Below, one piece after another: positions 28,816 to 37,176 of a stretch of DNA of 64,000 nucleotides (position 1 is the first letter of the stretch; the number at the start of each line of letters is the position of its first letter). The notes beneath the pieces are model-generated. The model was not told where the DNA came from, made no database searches, and saw only the letters and a list, made by a program, of their open reading frames with translations. Both the position numbers and the translations under genes were made by a program. The stretch lies in the sequence record NC_042116.1. One strand, 5' to 3'.

Positions 28816-29209
28816 AGACGATATTACTGAAATTTATACAAATTTAAATACTACAATTGATCGATATAATTTCATCAATAATATTGAACAGCATATTATA
28901 GATATGAAAAACCAATATATTAATTCAATTTCATATGAAACTAAAAACACAACGCTCAATAAAATAATTAAAATTATTTCTGAACAATCAGGATGTATGT
29001 ATACTATTTTACATGTAGCAGCAGTTGTTCCAGATGAAGACATTTTAATTCGAAAAATTATTTCTGAATTGGAACTGGACTCATTGGATGAAATTGAAAT
29101 TGTAATGGCTATTGAAGAAGAATTTAATATTGAAATTCCAGATTATGAAATTGAAAATTTTAAAACTATTAGGGATTTAATTAATTTTATTAATTCTGGT
29201 TCTTTTTAA
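28793..29209 (+). CDS. acyl carrier protein homolog with N-terminal extension
   Basis: LNKIIKIISEQSG...LELDSLDEIEIVMAIEEEFNIEIPDYEIENFKTIRDLINFI aligns to AcpP, including the DSL phosphopantetheine serine. Confidence 0.85.
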   Translation: MPSQKQIKDDITEIYTNLNTTIDRYNFINNIEQHIIDMKNQYINSISYETKNTTLNKIIKIISEQSGCMYTILHVAAVVPDEDILIRKIISELELDSLDEIEIVMAIEEEFNIEIPDYEIENFKTIRDLINFINSGSF

Positions 29210-29213
29210 TTAT

Positions 29214-29242
29214 AAAACCCACCAGATATGGTGGGTTTTTTT
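29214..29242 (+). terminator. rho-independent terminator
   Basis: AAAACCCACCA-GATA-TGGTGGGTTTT + T-tract. Confidence 0.85.
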
Positions 29243-29284
29243 GTAAATATGATATTATACCCAATAAACATTGAGGTGAACATC

Positions 29285-29647
29285 ATGTTTAATTTTATTA
29301 AGTTATACAAATTACCAATAGTAATAGTAGCTTTTATACTGTATACAGTACTAATGTTATTTTCAGGTTGGCAAGTTAGAACATATTATGATGGTTATCA
29401 ACAAAACATCGTAGAAAAAGTTCAAAAAGTAGTAGATACTGGTGTAAGTACTATGCAACGAAATCAGGCTCAAGGTTTTGAAAATATAAAAGTAAATCTT
29501 AAAGAAGCCAATAACAAAACAATAATTAAAGAACCAACAATAGTTAATAGAATAATTTATGCACAACAATGTATAGATCAGGATGGTGTGGATCTTCTTC
29601 AGCAATATAAACAAGAATCCATTAATATCAGGGAAGGTAAAAAATGA
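29285..29647 (+). CDS. putative inner-membrane spanin (Rz-like)
   Basis: N-terminal TM helix, periplasmic coiled coil, late CIDQDGV motif; overlaps a downstream lipoprotein. Start moved to ATG 29285 after GAGGTG. Confidence 0.7.
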   Translation: MFNFIKLYKLPIVIVAFILYTVLMLFSGWQVRTYYDGYQQNIVEKVQKVVDTGVSTMQRNQAQGFENIKVNLKEANNKTIIKEPTIVNRIIYAQQCIDQDGVDLLQQYKQESINIREGKK

Positions 29648-29958
29648 GAATATTTAAATTATTTTTAATTGCGATATTCGTTACATTAATGTTAATGATA
29701 ACAGGTTGTAGTACTGTTCCTATTCAAAATAAGCCAATAATAGAACAGCAATCGTTATTACAAAAATGCACAACGGATACCCCAATTCCAACAAATTTTG
29801 TGCTTGACAGCAATGGTAACCAAGTATATAATGGTAAGGAAGTATTCAGAGTACTACGTGAATGGCAAACAGTTTATAATGATTGTGCAGCCCAGCACGA
29901 TGCTCTAGTAGATACTATACTGAAGTTAAATTCAATGAAAGAAGTTACTAAAAATTAA
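29644..29958 (+). CDS. putative outer-membrane spanin lipoprotein (Rz1-like)
   Basis: Lipobox LMITGC, proline-rich segment, YNDCAAQHDAL. Confidence 0.7.
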   Translation: MRIFKLFLIAIFVTLMLMITGCSTVPIQNKPIIEQQSLLQKCTTDTPIPTNFVLDSNGNQVYNGKEVFRVLREWQTVYNDCAAQHDALVDTILKLNSMKEVTKN

Positions 29959-29968
29959 GGTTAATGCG

Positions 29969-30502
29969 ATGGGTTCAACCTATATAGTACTTAAAGAATA
30001 TCCAGTTCAAACTATTATCAACTTAATTGATGATACTAATAAAATTGAAATTGACGGAATGATAATACCAGTTGATAAAGAAAAAATGCTAGCATTTAAA
30101 AATAGTACTAAATGTTTAACATGTGACATTGAAGCAACTCATTTCTCATTAGAGAAGATAGCTAATTGTACACATGGTTTATATGGTAATTATCATTTTA
30201 ATTTATACGGTTCACGAAATAATAATAAAATATTATTAACAGTAGACCATGCTATATTAGCAAAAAATAATGGTGAACATCATCATACAAATTTTAATAC
30301 TATGTGTGTATCATGTAATAATCGTCGAGGTTCTAAGTTTGAAAATATAGATGACTTTATTACATTTAGTAAACTTAATCCAATTTCAAAGCATATATCT
30401 GATACAATTGCGTATAAAAAGAAGAAAGAACTTTTTGAAAAAACGGTACAAAAATCTCATGTACAATTATATTACAAAAATCGCAATAAAAATCTTGCAT
30501 AA
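29969..30502 (+). CDS. HNH-domain protein
   Basis: CLTC...LTVDH...NFNTMCVSCNNRRG. Confidence 0.75.
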   Translation: MGSTYIVLKEYPVQTIINLIDDTNKIEIDGMIIPVDKEKMLAFKNSTKCLTCDIEATHFSLEKIANCTHGLYGNYHFNLYGSRNNNKILLTVDHAILAKNNGEHHHTNFNTMCVSCNNRRGSKFENIDDFITFSKLNPISKHISDTIAYKKKKELFEKTVQKSHVQLYYKNRNKNLA

Positions 30503-30524
30503 TTTTTAAAAATTTGATATTATT

Positions 30525-30550
30525 AAGGAAATCTTAGGATTTCCTTTTTT
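30525..30550 (+). terminator. hairpin/terminator
   Basis: AAGGAAATC-TTAG-GATTTCCTT + T-tract. Confidence 0.7.
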
Positions 30551-30958
30551 GTGAATGGAATAATTAAAATGTTAAAAGATTTGGAATTTTCAGGTTTAGA
30601 AATTATTAGTGCTACAAAAAATATCAATGATTATGGATCAGATAAAGATTTTATTATTGCAATTACTATGGTTAGTGATGAAGATTCATATTCACATTTA
30701 ACTGGAATTGAAAAATTAATTCACGAAACTAATTTACAAAATGATTCAAAATATATTAAATTAAGTTGTTCTTATCGAACAAACGAGAAGGGTCAAATTA
30801 TCCTTCCTATAAAAATTGCATATAATGGAAGTACTGAAAAGTACTCTAAACGTGCATATTATGAACGTGATTTAACCCCTGATTTGTTCGAAGATATTAC
30901 ATTTATTGATGAATTCTTTGAACGCACTCCTACTGAAATTAAACGTTTATACATGTGA
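30551..30958 (+). CDS. hypothetical protein
   Basis: 135-aa ORF with GTG start. Confidence 0.55.
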   Translation: MNGIIKMLKDLEFSGLEIISATKNINDYGSDKDFIIAITMVSDEDSYSHLTGIEKLIHETNLQNDSKYIKLSCSYRTNEKGQIILPIKIAYNGSTEKYSKRAYYERDLTPDLFEDITFIDEFFERTPTEIKRLYM

Positions 30959-30965
30959 GGGTTAT

Positions 30966-31232
30966 ATGGCTTGGTCAGAAAGTGATGTTTATTATCGTAT
31001 CATTCGTATGTCGGATGATCCACAACTATTAACTATAGTAACTATGCAAGACTTCGATGAAGTTGATTATGACCATAATCGTTTTTTGTGTGCAAAAGGA
31101 ACAAATGAACGTTTATATTTTAGTACTGAAGAAAAAGCAATTAAATTCTTAAATGAAAATATAAAATTTGAAAATATCGATCCTGATTATTTAAATAAAC
31201 ACCAAAGGTTAAATGATATTTTTTACAAATAA
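30966..31232 (+). CDS. hypothetical protein
   Basis: Start moved to ATG 30966 after GAGGG. Confidence 0.65.
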   Translation: MAWSESDVYYRIIRMSDDPQLLTIVTMQDFDEVDYDHNRFLCAKGTNERLYFSTEEKAIKFLNENIKFENIDPDYLNKHQRLNDIFYK

Positions 31233-31233
31233 A

Positions 31234-31262
31234 TGAAACACATTAAAAAAATATGGTATAAT
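31234..31262 (+). promoter_or_regulatory. TGAAAC-N17-TATAAT extended -10 promoter (phage class)
   Basis: TGAAAC ACATTAAAAAAATATGG TATAAT; same layout at 39665, 45859, 61926. Confidence 0.7.
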
Positions 31263-31267
31263 AAGTA

Positions 31268-31735
31268 TGAAGAACCTAAAAATGGTTCTTTATACAATTC
31301 TGATTGATCCGTAATACGGAATAGTTTAATCCTGATCCTATCGAAAAGTAGATGGCAGATGAGTAGTTCAATCAGTACGAGTGCAGAAGAAACCCGTTAG
31401 GAGATGGCATAGTTAGTACCACCCACGGCAATGCGGCACTATAAATACGCCCTTGATATGAGCGTACTAGATAGACATATGAGATGCATACTCACCTATT
31501 AAAAGGGAGATATTCTAAGGAATATCAATAGTATTTGTTGCTGAATTAGCAAGTACTATATGCGAAGGAATGAGAAATCTTCGACCGTTGTATGCGACTG
31601 TAGTAACTGGAAACCGGACAACCCGCCAGTGTTTACTACAAATTTTAGACAATAAAGATCCGTCCAAAATTTGAGTGAAATCTACAAATTCAGAGGTAAG
31701 ACTACCACCGTCAGATATTATTCTGACTTTTTTTT
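31268..31735 (+). ncRNA. candidate large structured non-coding RNA (~470 nt)
   Basis: Bounded by promoter and terminator; no ORF of 60 aa or more apart from a doubtful GTG ORF at the 3' edge; ~38% GC by hand count versus roughly 25% in flanking genes; ten or more stems. Confidence 0.7.
31710..31735 (+). terminator. rho-independent terminator
   Basis: GTCAGA-TATTAT-TCTGAC + T8. Confidence 0.75.
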
Positions 31736-31889
31736 CGTTCCCCTTTTGTGGGGGGATGCAAATGGATCAACAAACCCCGTCAGTATTACTAACTAAAAAG
31801 TACTTAAATATAATAATAACTGAATGGAAATTGTTCGAGTTCTTTAGAACGAGAAGAATTGAACATTCTTGACTAACGGAGTTAGGCAA

Positions 31890-32264
31890 ATGGAATTATC
31901 AGAAAATAAGTATTTTGAAAATGTAATGAGTAAGTACTTTTTAATTTTAATTGAGCAAGACCTGTATCAGTACAGGGGAAATACAATATTCATAGATAAA
32001 TCATCTAATGATGATAGAACTCTTGGCATTTATAATGCCATGTGTGATATGGCATATATTGGTGAAAATATTGTATGTGTTAATTTTGATAAAGAATTTC
32101 CAATTAAACACTTGGATAAATTGCACTTTTTTATTGGAAAAAATGCATATTACTTAAATCCAGTACCATGTGATTTTTTGTTTATTTTTGACTCAGTAAA
32201 AAATCATGAAGAATTAAATAAAATCATTAATTTTTACAATCCTAAATTTATATTTTATTGCTAG
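31890..32264 (+). CDS. hypothetical protein (possible degenerate P-loop fold)
   Basis: Start at ATG 31890 after GGAG; GNTIFID...CDFLFIFD strand pattern. Confidence 0.6.
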   Translation: MELSENKYFENVMSKYFLILIEQDLYQYRGNTIFIDKSSNDDRTLGIYNAMCDMAYIGENIVCVNFDKEFPIKHLDKLHFFIGKNAYYLNPVPCDFLFIFDSVKNHEELNKIINFYNPKFIFYC

Positions 32265-32302
32265 TAAATAACAATATCAATAATTAAAAAGGATGATAAA
32301 TT

Positions 32303-32746
32303 ATGAGTGAACATTTTGATCCTAATGACATACGTAGTATGATGGATTATGTAGAAACTACTGGTGAAGATACTCACGAAGATGTATTAATTAAATTCGT
32401 AGAAAATAGTCTATTTTTGGAATCACAAGCACACCATTGGCATCTACAATGTAAATATTATTCAAAACATATGGAATTGGATGAATTTTATAAAGACCTT
32501 CCAGAATTTGTAGATTCATTTATAGAAGGTATGATGGCAGAACGAGGTCCAATATTCAGTACTGGCACTTCTTATGTTTTTCAACCCCTTGAAGCAGCAA
32601 TTCCAATTTTAGAAGAATATGTACAACATTGTAATAAAATACATGAAATATTAGATTCACTAAATGAAATTGGTTCAGTGAATACACTTGAGGATATTAT
32701 TAGTTTTATTAATAGTATACTTTATAAATTAAAAGTACTACAATAA
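32303..32746 (+). CDS. ferritin/Dps-like four-helix protein (DUF5856-type)
   Basis: ESQAHHWHLQ...HMELDEFYKDL...DSFIEGMM...EDIISFINSILYKL. Confidence 0.75.
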   Translation: MSEHFDPNDIRSMMDYVETTGEDTHEDVLIKFVENSLFLESQAHHWHLQCKYYSKHMELDEFYKDLPEFVDSFIEGMMAERGPIFSTGTSYVFQPLEAAIPILEEYVQHCNKIHEILDSLNEIGSVNTLEDIISFINSILYKLKVLQ

Positions 32747-32751
32747 TCAAT

Positions 32752-32780
32752 AAGGACACATTTTTGTGTCCTTTCTTTTT
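32752..32780 (+). terminator. rho-independent terminator
   Basis: AAGGACACA-TTTT-TGTGTCCTT + TCTTTTT. Confidence 0.8.
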
Positions 32781-32813
32781 ATTGGTATAATGATAACGAC
32801 ATAGAGGAAGAAC

Positions 32814-33218
32814 ATGAATAAATTATATGAATTTTGTTTAGATTGTGGTAGAATGGGTGACTTAACCGGATTGTTTATAGCAACTGAAGATGAACTAAGA
32901 GCACTACAAGGTATGACTATATATTTTGGAGAAGCTCTTGGTAAGCATTCTGAAGTATCGATTGATGATTTTAAATTTGAAGATCATTGCACTGTAAAAT
33001 CAGATGATTCGGAAAAAATTGATTGGTTGATTGGTTTGTTGGGATATACATTATCTGGTTATAACCCATTAGACTATTTTTATATTGAAGAACAAGATGA
33101 ATACAACGAAGGAAAAAATTCCGAAGAAGGTGAAGAAAATCCATATGATGCAACCGAAGAACAAGGAGCACATATTCGTTGGAAATTAGGTTCAGAAGAT
33201 AAAAAAAATGAAGATTAA
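32814..33218 (+). CDS. conserved phage hypothetical protein
   Basis: DCGRMGDLTGLF...YFGEALGKHSEV; acidic C-terminal NPY...W tail. Confidence 0.7.
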   Translation: MNKLYEFCLDCGRMGDLTGLFIATEDELRALQGMTIYFGEALGKHSEVSIDDFKFEDHCTVKSDDSEKIDWLIGLLGYTLSGYNPLDYFYIEEQDEYNEGKNSEEGEENPYDATEEQGAHIRWKLGSEDKKNED

Positions 33219-33696
33219 AGATGGATATTTCTTTTTTTGGGGAAATGAAGATTACATGTCAAATTGGCATAAAGCTTCATTTGAGCTAAATGGAATCACT
33301 TTCAACTGTACTGAACAGTACATGATGTATGCTAAAGCAATTGTATTTGATGATATAATTATTGCAAATAAAGTACTTGAAACTAATTCACAATCTAAAC
33401 AAAAAGCATTGGGGAGACAAGTTAGTAACTACGATGATGAAATTTGGAATGAGATTAGATTCGAAATTGTGTATGATGCATGTTTGGCTAAATTTTCACA
33501 GAATGAAAAACTCAAAGAACAACTTCTAAGTACTGGTAATCTACATTTAGTAGAAGCATCACCATACGATAAGATTTGGGGTATTGGTATGAAAGATGAT
33601 CATCCTGATGCAACTAATCCTGAAAAATGGGATGGTTTAAATTTACTTGGGGAAGTACTAATGGTAGTACGTGAACATTTAAGAAAAGAACAATAA
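33208..33696 (+). CDS. NADAR (YbiA-like) family protein
   Basis: SNWH, TEQYMMYAKA, KALGRQV, LVEASPYDKIWGIG, GLNLLGEVLMVVRE. Confidence 0.93.
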   Translation: MKIKDGYFFFWGNEDYMSNWHKASFELNGITFNCTEQYMMYAKAIVFDDIIIANKVLETNSQSKQKALGRQVSNYDDEIWNEIRFEIVYDACLAKFSQNEKLKEQLLSTGNLHLVEASPYDKIWGIGMKDDHPDATNPEKWDGLNLLGEVLMVVREHLRKEQ

Positions 33697-33700
33697 TTTT

Positions 33701-33760
33701 TGTATTTTGTCTTTAAAAATATAAATATAATTATATTTATGTTATTGGAGACAAAATATG
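33701..33760 (+). promoter_or_regulatory. late promoter + 20-bp palindrome inside an RBS/ATG-sequestering stem
   Basis: TATTTTGTCT (33703-12) pairs with AGACAAAATA (33749-58); TATAAATA 33720-27; perfect palindrome ATAAATATAATTATATTTAT 33721-40. Confidence 0.65.
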
Positions 33761-34795
33761 ATTAAAATTGGTGATAAATTTAATACAAATAAGTGTGGTA
33801 TAGTTGAAGTTATTGATTATAAAGATCATAAAAATATCACTGTTAAATTCTTAGATACTGGACACATTGATACTTATAGTTCTCAGACAATAAAAAAAGG
33901 CGTTGCTTATGATAATTCACTATATGAAATCAATAAACTTGTTATTGGTAATGTTTATGAATCTAAATCTAGTGGACATTACAAAATTATTTCTATAGAT
34001 GAATGGATTAATGTTAAATTTTTAAGTACTGGTAATATTAAAAAATATGACAAAAAATCTATTAAATCTATATTGTTTGGAAATATAAAAGATAATATTA
34101 ATTATGTTGGTAAAATATTTAAAACCAACAATTGTGGAAATGTTGAAATAACTTCATATATATCATCATCAGAAGTATATGTAAAATTTATCAATACTGG
34201 AACGATAGTAAAATGCACTTTGCAAAATTTGAAAAACGGTCAAGTTAGAGATAACACTTCTGACATTAAACCTAATCAAATATTTGAAACTACTTGTTGT
34301 GGATTTATTAAAATACTAAATTATTATAATTACAATGACGTTATTGTTGAATTTATTAATACTGGAACTATAAAAAGAACCGATGTAAAATCGATAAGAA
34401 ACGGTAATATTTTTGATGTAAATTCTGGTTTATCGAGTCATGGCTATAGAAGTGAACAAGTTGGTTATTTGTATATTCATAAAATAAATGATATGTGGTA
34501 TAAGGTTGGTATAACCAATAATTATGAACAACGTTTTAATACCCAGCATTGTAATATTTTAAAACCAATATCTTATAAATGTTTTTCAAGTTCTGGTGAA
34601 GAAATTAGAAATATCGAAACTCGTATTTTAAATTCTATTAAACTAGTTTATGAAGATGATATAATGGAAGTTGAAAAATATTTTAATTTGGGTAAAACTG
34701 AGGTATTTTATTCTTCTGATCTTGATATGGTACTTTCAATAATACAAGAATACAATTTAACAGAACATATTGTAAAAGAAGGAAAGATTATATAA
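33758..34795 (+). mobile_element. free-standing homing-endonuclease-like gene: four N-terminal repeats + GIY-YIG (T5orf172-like) domain
   Basis: Four ~40-aa repeats ending VKF(L/I)xTG; C-terminal GYLYI...YKVGITNNYEQRF. Confidence 0.7.
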
Positions 34796-35367
34796 TGGGA
34801 AATGGACTTTATTATTATTATGGAAGTATGTCGTCAGGTAAAAGTACTTCACTACTTCAAACTGCATTTAATTACAAAGAAAAAGGATATGAAGTACTTA
34901 TATATACATCAGCTCTTGATGATCGTTATGGGGTTGGTAAAGTAACTTCACGAATTGGAATAGATGCTGATGCAATTATAATTCCTAAAGATAATATTAC
35001 AGTACTCAATGATGCTAAAATTTCAATGATATCCAATCAAATAAAAGCAATATTTGTGGATGAATGTCAATTTTTGAGTGCTGAACAAGTTGATATTTTA
35101 GGTTCAATAGTTGATGAATATGATATTTCTGTATTTTGTTATGGAATTAGAACTGATTTTGAATCTAATTTGTTTAGTGGTTCAAAGCGACTATTTGAAA
35201 TTTCTGATAAAATTGAAGAACTACGAAACATATGCCAATGTGGTAAAAAAGCTATAATGAATGCACGATTAGTTGATAGTACTGAACAGGTATTAATTGG
35301 TGGCAATGATGTCTATCAGAGTATGTGTAGAAAATGTTACCGTAATTATTTGAATAAAAAAGCTTGA
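34795..35367 (+). CDS. tdk: thymidine kinase
   Basis: YGSMSSGKST, IFVDECQFL, YGIRTDF, CQCG...YQSMCRKC. Confidence 0.96.
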   Translation: MGNGLYYYYGSMSSGKSTSLLQTAFNYKEKGYEVLIYTSALDDRYGVGKVTSRIGIDADAIIIPKDNITVLNDAKISMISNQIKAIFVDECQFLSAEQVDILGSIVDEYDISVFCYGIRTDFESNLFSGSKRLFEISDKIEELRNICQCGKKAIMNARLVDSTEQVLIGGNDVYQSMCRKCYRNYLNKKA

Positions 35368-35392
35368 CACTGAAAAGATAATACAGTAGAAT
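35364..35392 (+). promoter_or_regulatory. sigma70-type promoter
   Basis: TTGACA-N17-TAGAAT. Confidence 0.7.
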
Positions 35393-35418
35393 GTGAACAT
35401 TGAATTTAAGGGGTTTTT

Positions 35419-35922
35419 ATGAAAATTGCATTATTTGTAGCCATGATTATATCTGCTATTTGGTTCTTATATTATTCAGCACGTGCTGGATGGTATGGTG
35501 TTCACATTAAACGCAGGTTATCTTATGGAATTGACAAAGATGAATCTGAAAAATTAATGAGAATTATCACACGTTATCGTATTGGTGAATTTAATGTTAA
35601 AAAAAAGTATTATGGTGGATTGAATTTATTATTTACAAAACCTGCTAATTCAGTAGTTCGATATAATGAGAGTATGTATTATGTTAATATTGAAAATGCA
35701 TTATCTCGTTCATTTGGTTGGATTTCTACTGAACCTCATATAACTTCATTGTATGGTGATCCTGATGACGAAATTGACAAAAGTAAAAATGGCATTTCTA
35801 ATGAAGCATTTGATGAATTGATTAAATTACTTGAAGAATTATCCCCTGATACGACAAAATTAGAAACAAAAAAAACACGTAGTTTTAATAAGTCTAAAAA
35901 TGAGGAAGTTCATTTATCATGA
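35419..35922 (+). CDS. membrane-anchored hypothetical protein
   Basis: N-terminal hydrophobic helix. Confidence 0.65.
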   Translation: MKIALFVAMIISAIWFLYYSARAGWYGVHIKRRLSYGIDKDESEKLMRIITRYRIGEFNVKKKYYGGLNLLFTKPANSVVRYNESMYYVNIENALSRSFGWISTEPHITSLYGDPDDEIDKSKNGISNEAFDELIKLLEELSPDTTKLETKKTRSFNKSKNEEVHLS

Positions 35923-36506
35923 TTATAGATGCAGGTATTATAATTGGTTTAATTGCAACTGGTGTTGTTATTGCAACAATTCCAATGGTTATACTTAGTC
36001 AGATACGTATGGCTAAAAATGGTATTAAATTACCGGAACTAGCAAAACAGCAAGCTTTATTAGCTGATATTCGTAAACCCTCCAATGAAGTAGGGCTGGT
36101 AACTGAAGATATTGAAATTACTTTTATGACTGAAGATGAGCATTTAACTCATCTTAAAGTTGCATACCCTAATGCATGGAAAGACTATGAATCACGGCAT
36201 ATAAGTAGAGCAATTAATTCTCGTGGAGATCGTTATATTTCTAGACTATTACTTGCATATGAACGTGGAGAGGTTAAAGCAGAAATAAAAACTGAACACA
36301 CTATTGATTTTGCTAATGGTGATTCAATTTGGATTTCAAACAAATATTATGGTTATGGACGTCTGTATCGTTCAGTACATGCACCTCATTGTATATTTGA
36401 TTCGGATTTCACTGTAACTCCTTATACTTTCATGCGTATTGTAGATTTAGAAGAACGTCTATCTGATCCAATACTAAATTTAACTCCTATTAAGGTTGAA
36501 CATTAA
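35919..36506 (+). CDS. membrane-anchored hypothetical protein
   Basis: N-terminal TM; RLLLAYERGE resembles RIITRYRIGE of the upstream gene. Confidence 0.65.
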   Translation: MIIDAGIIIGLIATGVVIATIPMVILSQIRMAKNGIKLPELAKQQALLADIRKPSNEVGLVTEDIEITFMTEDEHLTHLKVAYPNAWKDYESRHISRAINSRGDRYISRLLLAYERGEVKAEIKTEHTIDFANGDSIWISNKYYGYGRLYRSVHAPHCIFDSDFTVTPYTFMRIVDLEERLSDPILNLTPIKVEH

Positions 36507-36508
36507 TT

Positions 36509-37039
36509 ATGTCATTAAAACAAGAATTTGAAAAAATTTACCAAGATTGTGAAACAATTGAAGAATGGTACAAACGTAGTACACCACTTCTGATTGAAGC
36601 ACAAAGTACTTTATCTGAAATTCAACTAGATGAACTATCTATGTGGTTCAACGTTATGTATCAACGTTTATCATTAAAACAACCAGTACAACACGAATTT
36701 TATAAAGAAGCTGGCTCTGTAAAGACTTTTTATTGTACTATTCATATGGCTGGTGATTATTCGGTAGCAGTTCAACATGCATCTGAATTTACTTTTGATC
36801 ATGGTGCATGTTTCCAAATTGCATCGTGTGATTATGTTTATACTGGTGGAAAAGAATCTGGAATTACTGCTCGTGTATTATGTTATCCACGTTTTCCTAA
36901 AACAGATAAAGAATTATTAGATGAAGCGAAATTGTTTGCTTTTGGATTAGCTAAAAAACTTTGTCAAAAAAGCTTTACAATCGAAACCAGTACTGATACA
37001 ATTTACTTTCAAAGTAATAAACAATTACATGGGAAATAA
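36509..37039 (+). CDS. conserved phage hypothetical protein
   Basis: YVYTGGKESG...YPRFP motif. Confidence 0.7.
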   Translation: MSLKQEFEKIYQDCETIEEWYKRSTPLLIEAQSTLSEIQLDELSMWFNVMYQRLSLKQPVQHEFYKEAGSVKTFYCTIHMAGDYSVAVQHASEFTFDHGACFQIASCDYVYTGGKESGITARVLCYPRFPKTDKELLDEAKLFAFGLAKKLCQKSFTIETSTDTIYFQSNKQLHGK

Positions 37040-37040
37040 A

Positions 37041-37175
37041 ATGAAATCTATTTTTATAGTACTAGCGGGTACAGCACTATGTGGTATTGGTGCATATGGG
37101 TTTGCAAATAATGTGGATTTATGGGGTGTATGGGTCTTTGTTGGTGGATTGCTAATTTTTACACAGGTAGATTAA
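37041..37175 (+). CDS. small two-TM membrane protein (44 aa, below the ORF-track cutoff)
   Basis: MKSIFIVLAGTALCGIGAYGFANNVDLWGVWVFVGGLLIFTQVD fills the gap exactly. Confidence 0.6.
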   Translation: MKSIFIVLAGTALCGIGAYGFANNVDLWGVWVFVGGLLIFTQVD

Positions 37176-37176
37176 T

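Noticed and set aside
31268-31735. Identification of the large RNA as RNase P, tmRNA or a group I/II intron
   Set aside because: It has loose resemblance to RNase P segments (GAGTGCAGAAGAAACC; GGACAACCCGCC) but no GAGGAAAGUCC and no P4 partner. There are no tmRNA GGGGC/CCACCA ends or tag frame, no interrupted host gene, and no clear domain V. A covariance-model search is still needed.
31675-31872. 65-aa GTG-start ORF in the ORF track
   Set aside because: No RBS, and it runs through a terminator and hairpin-rich sequence; most likely spurious.
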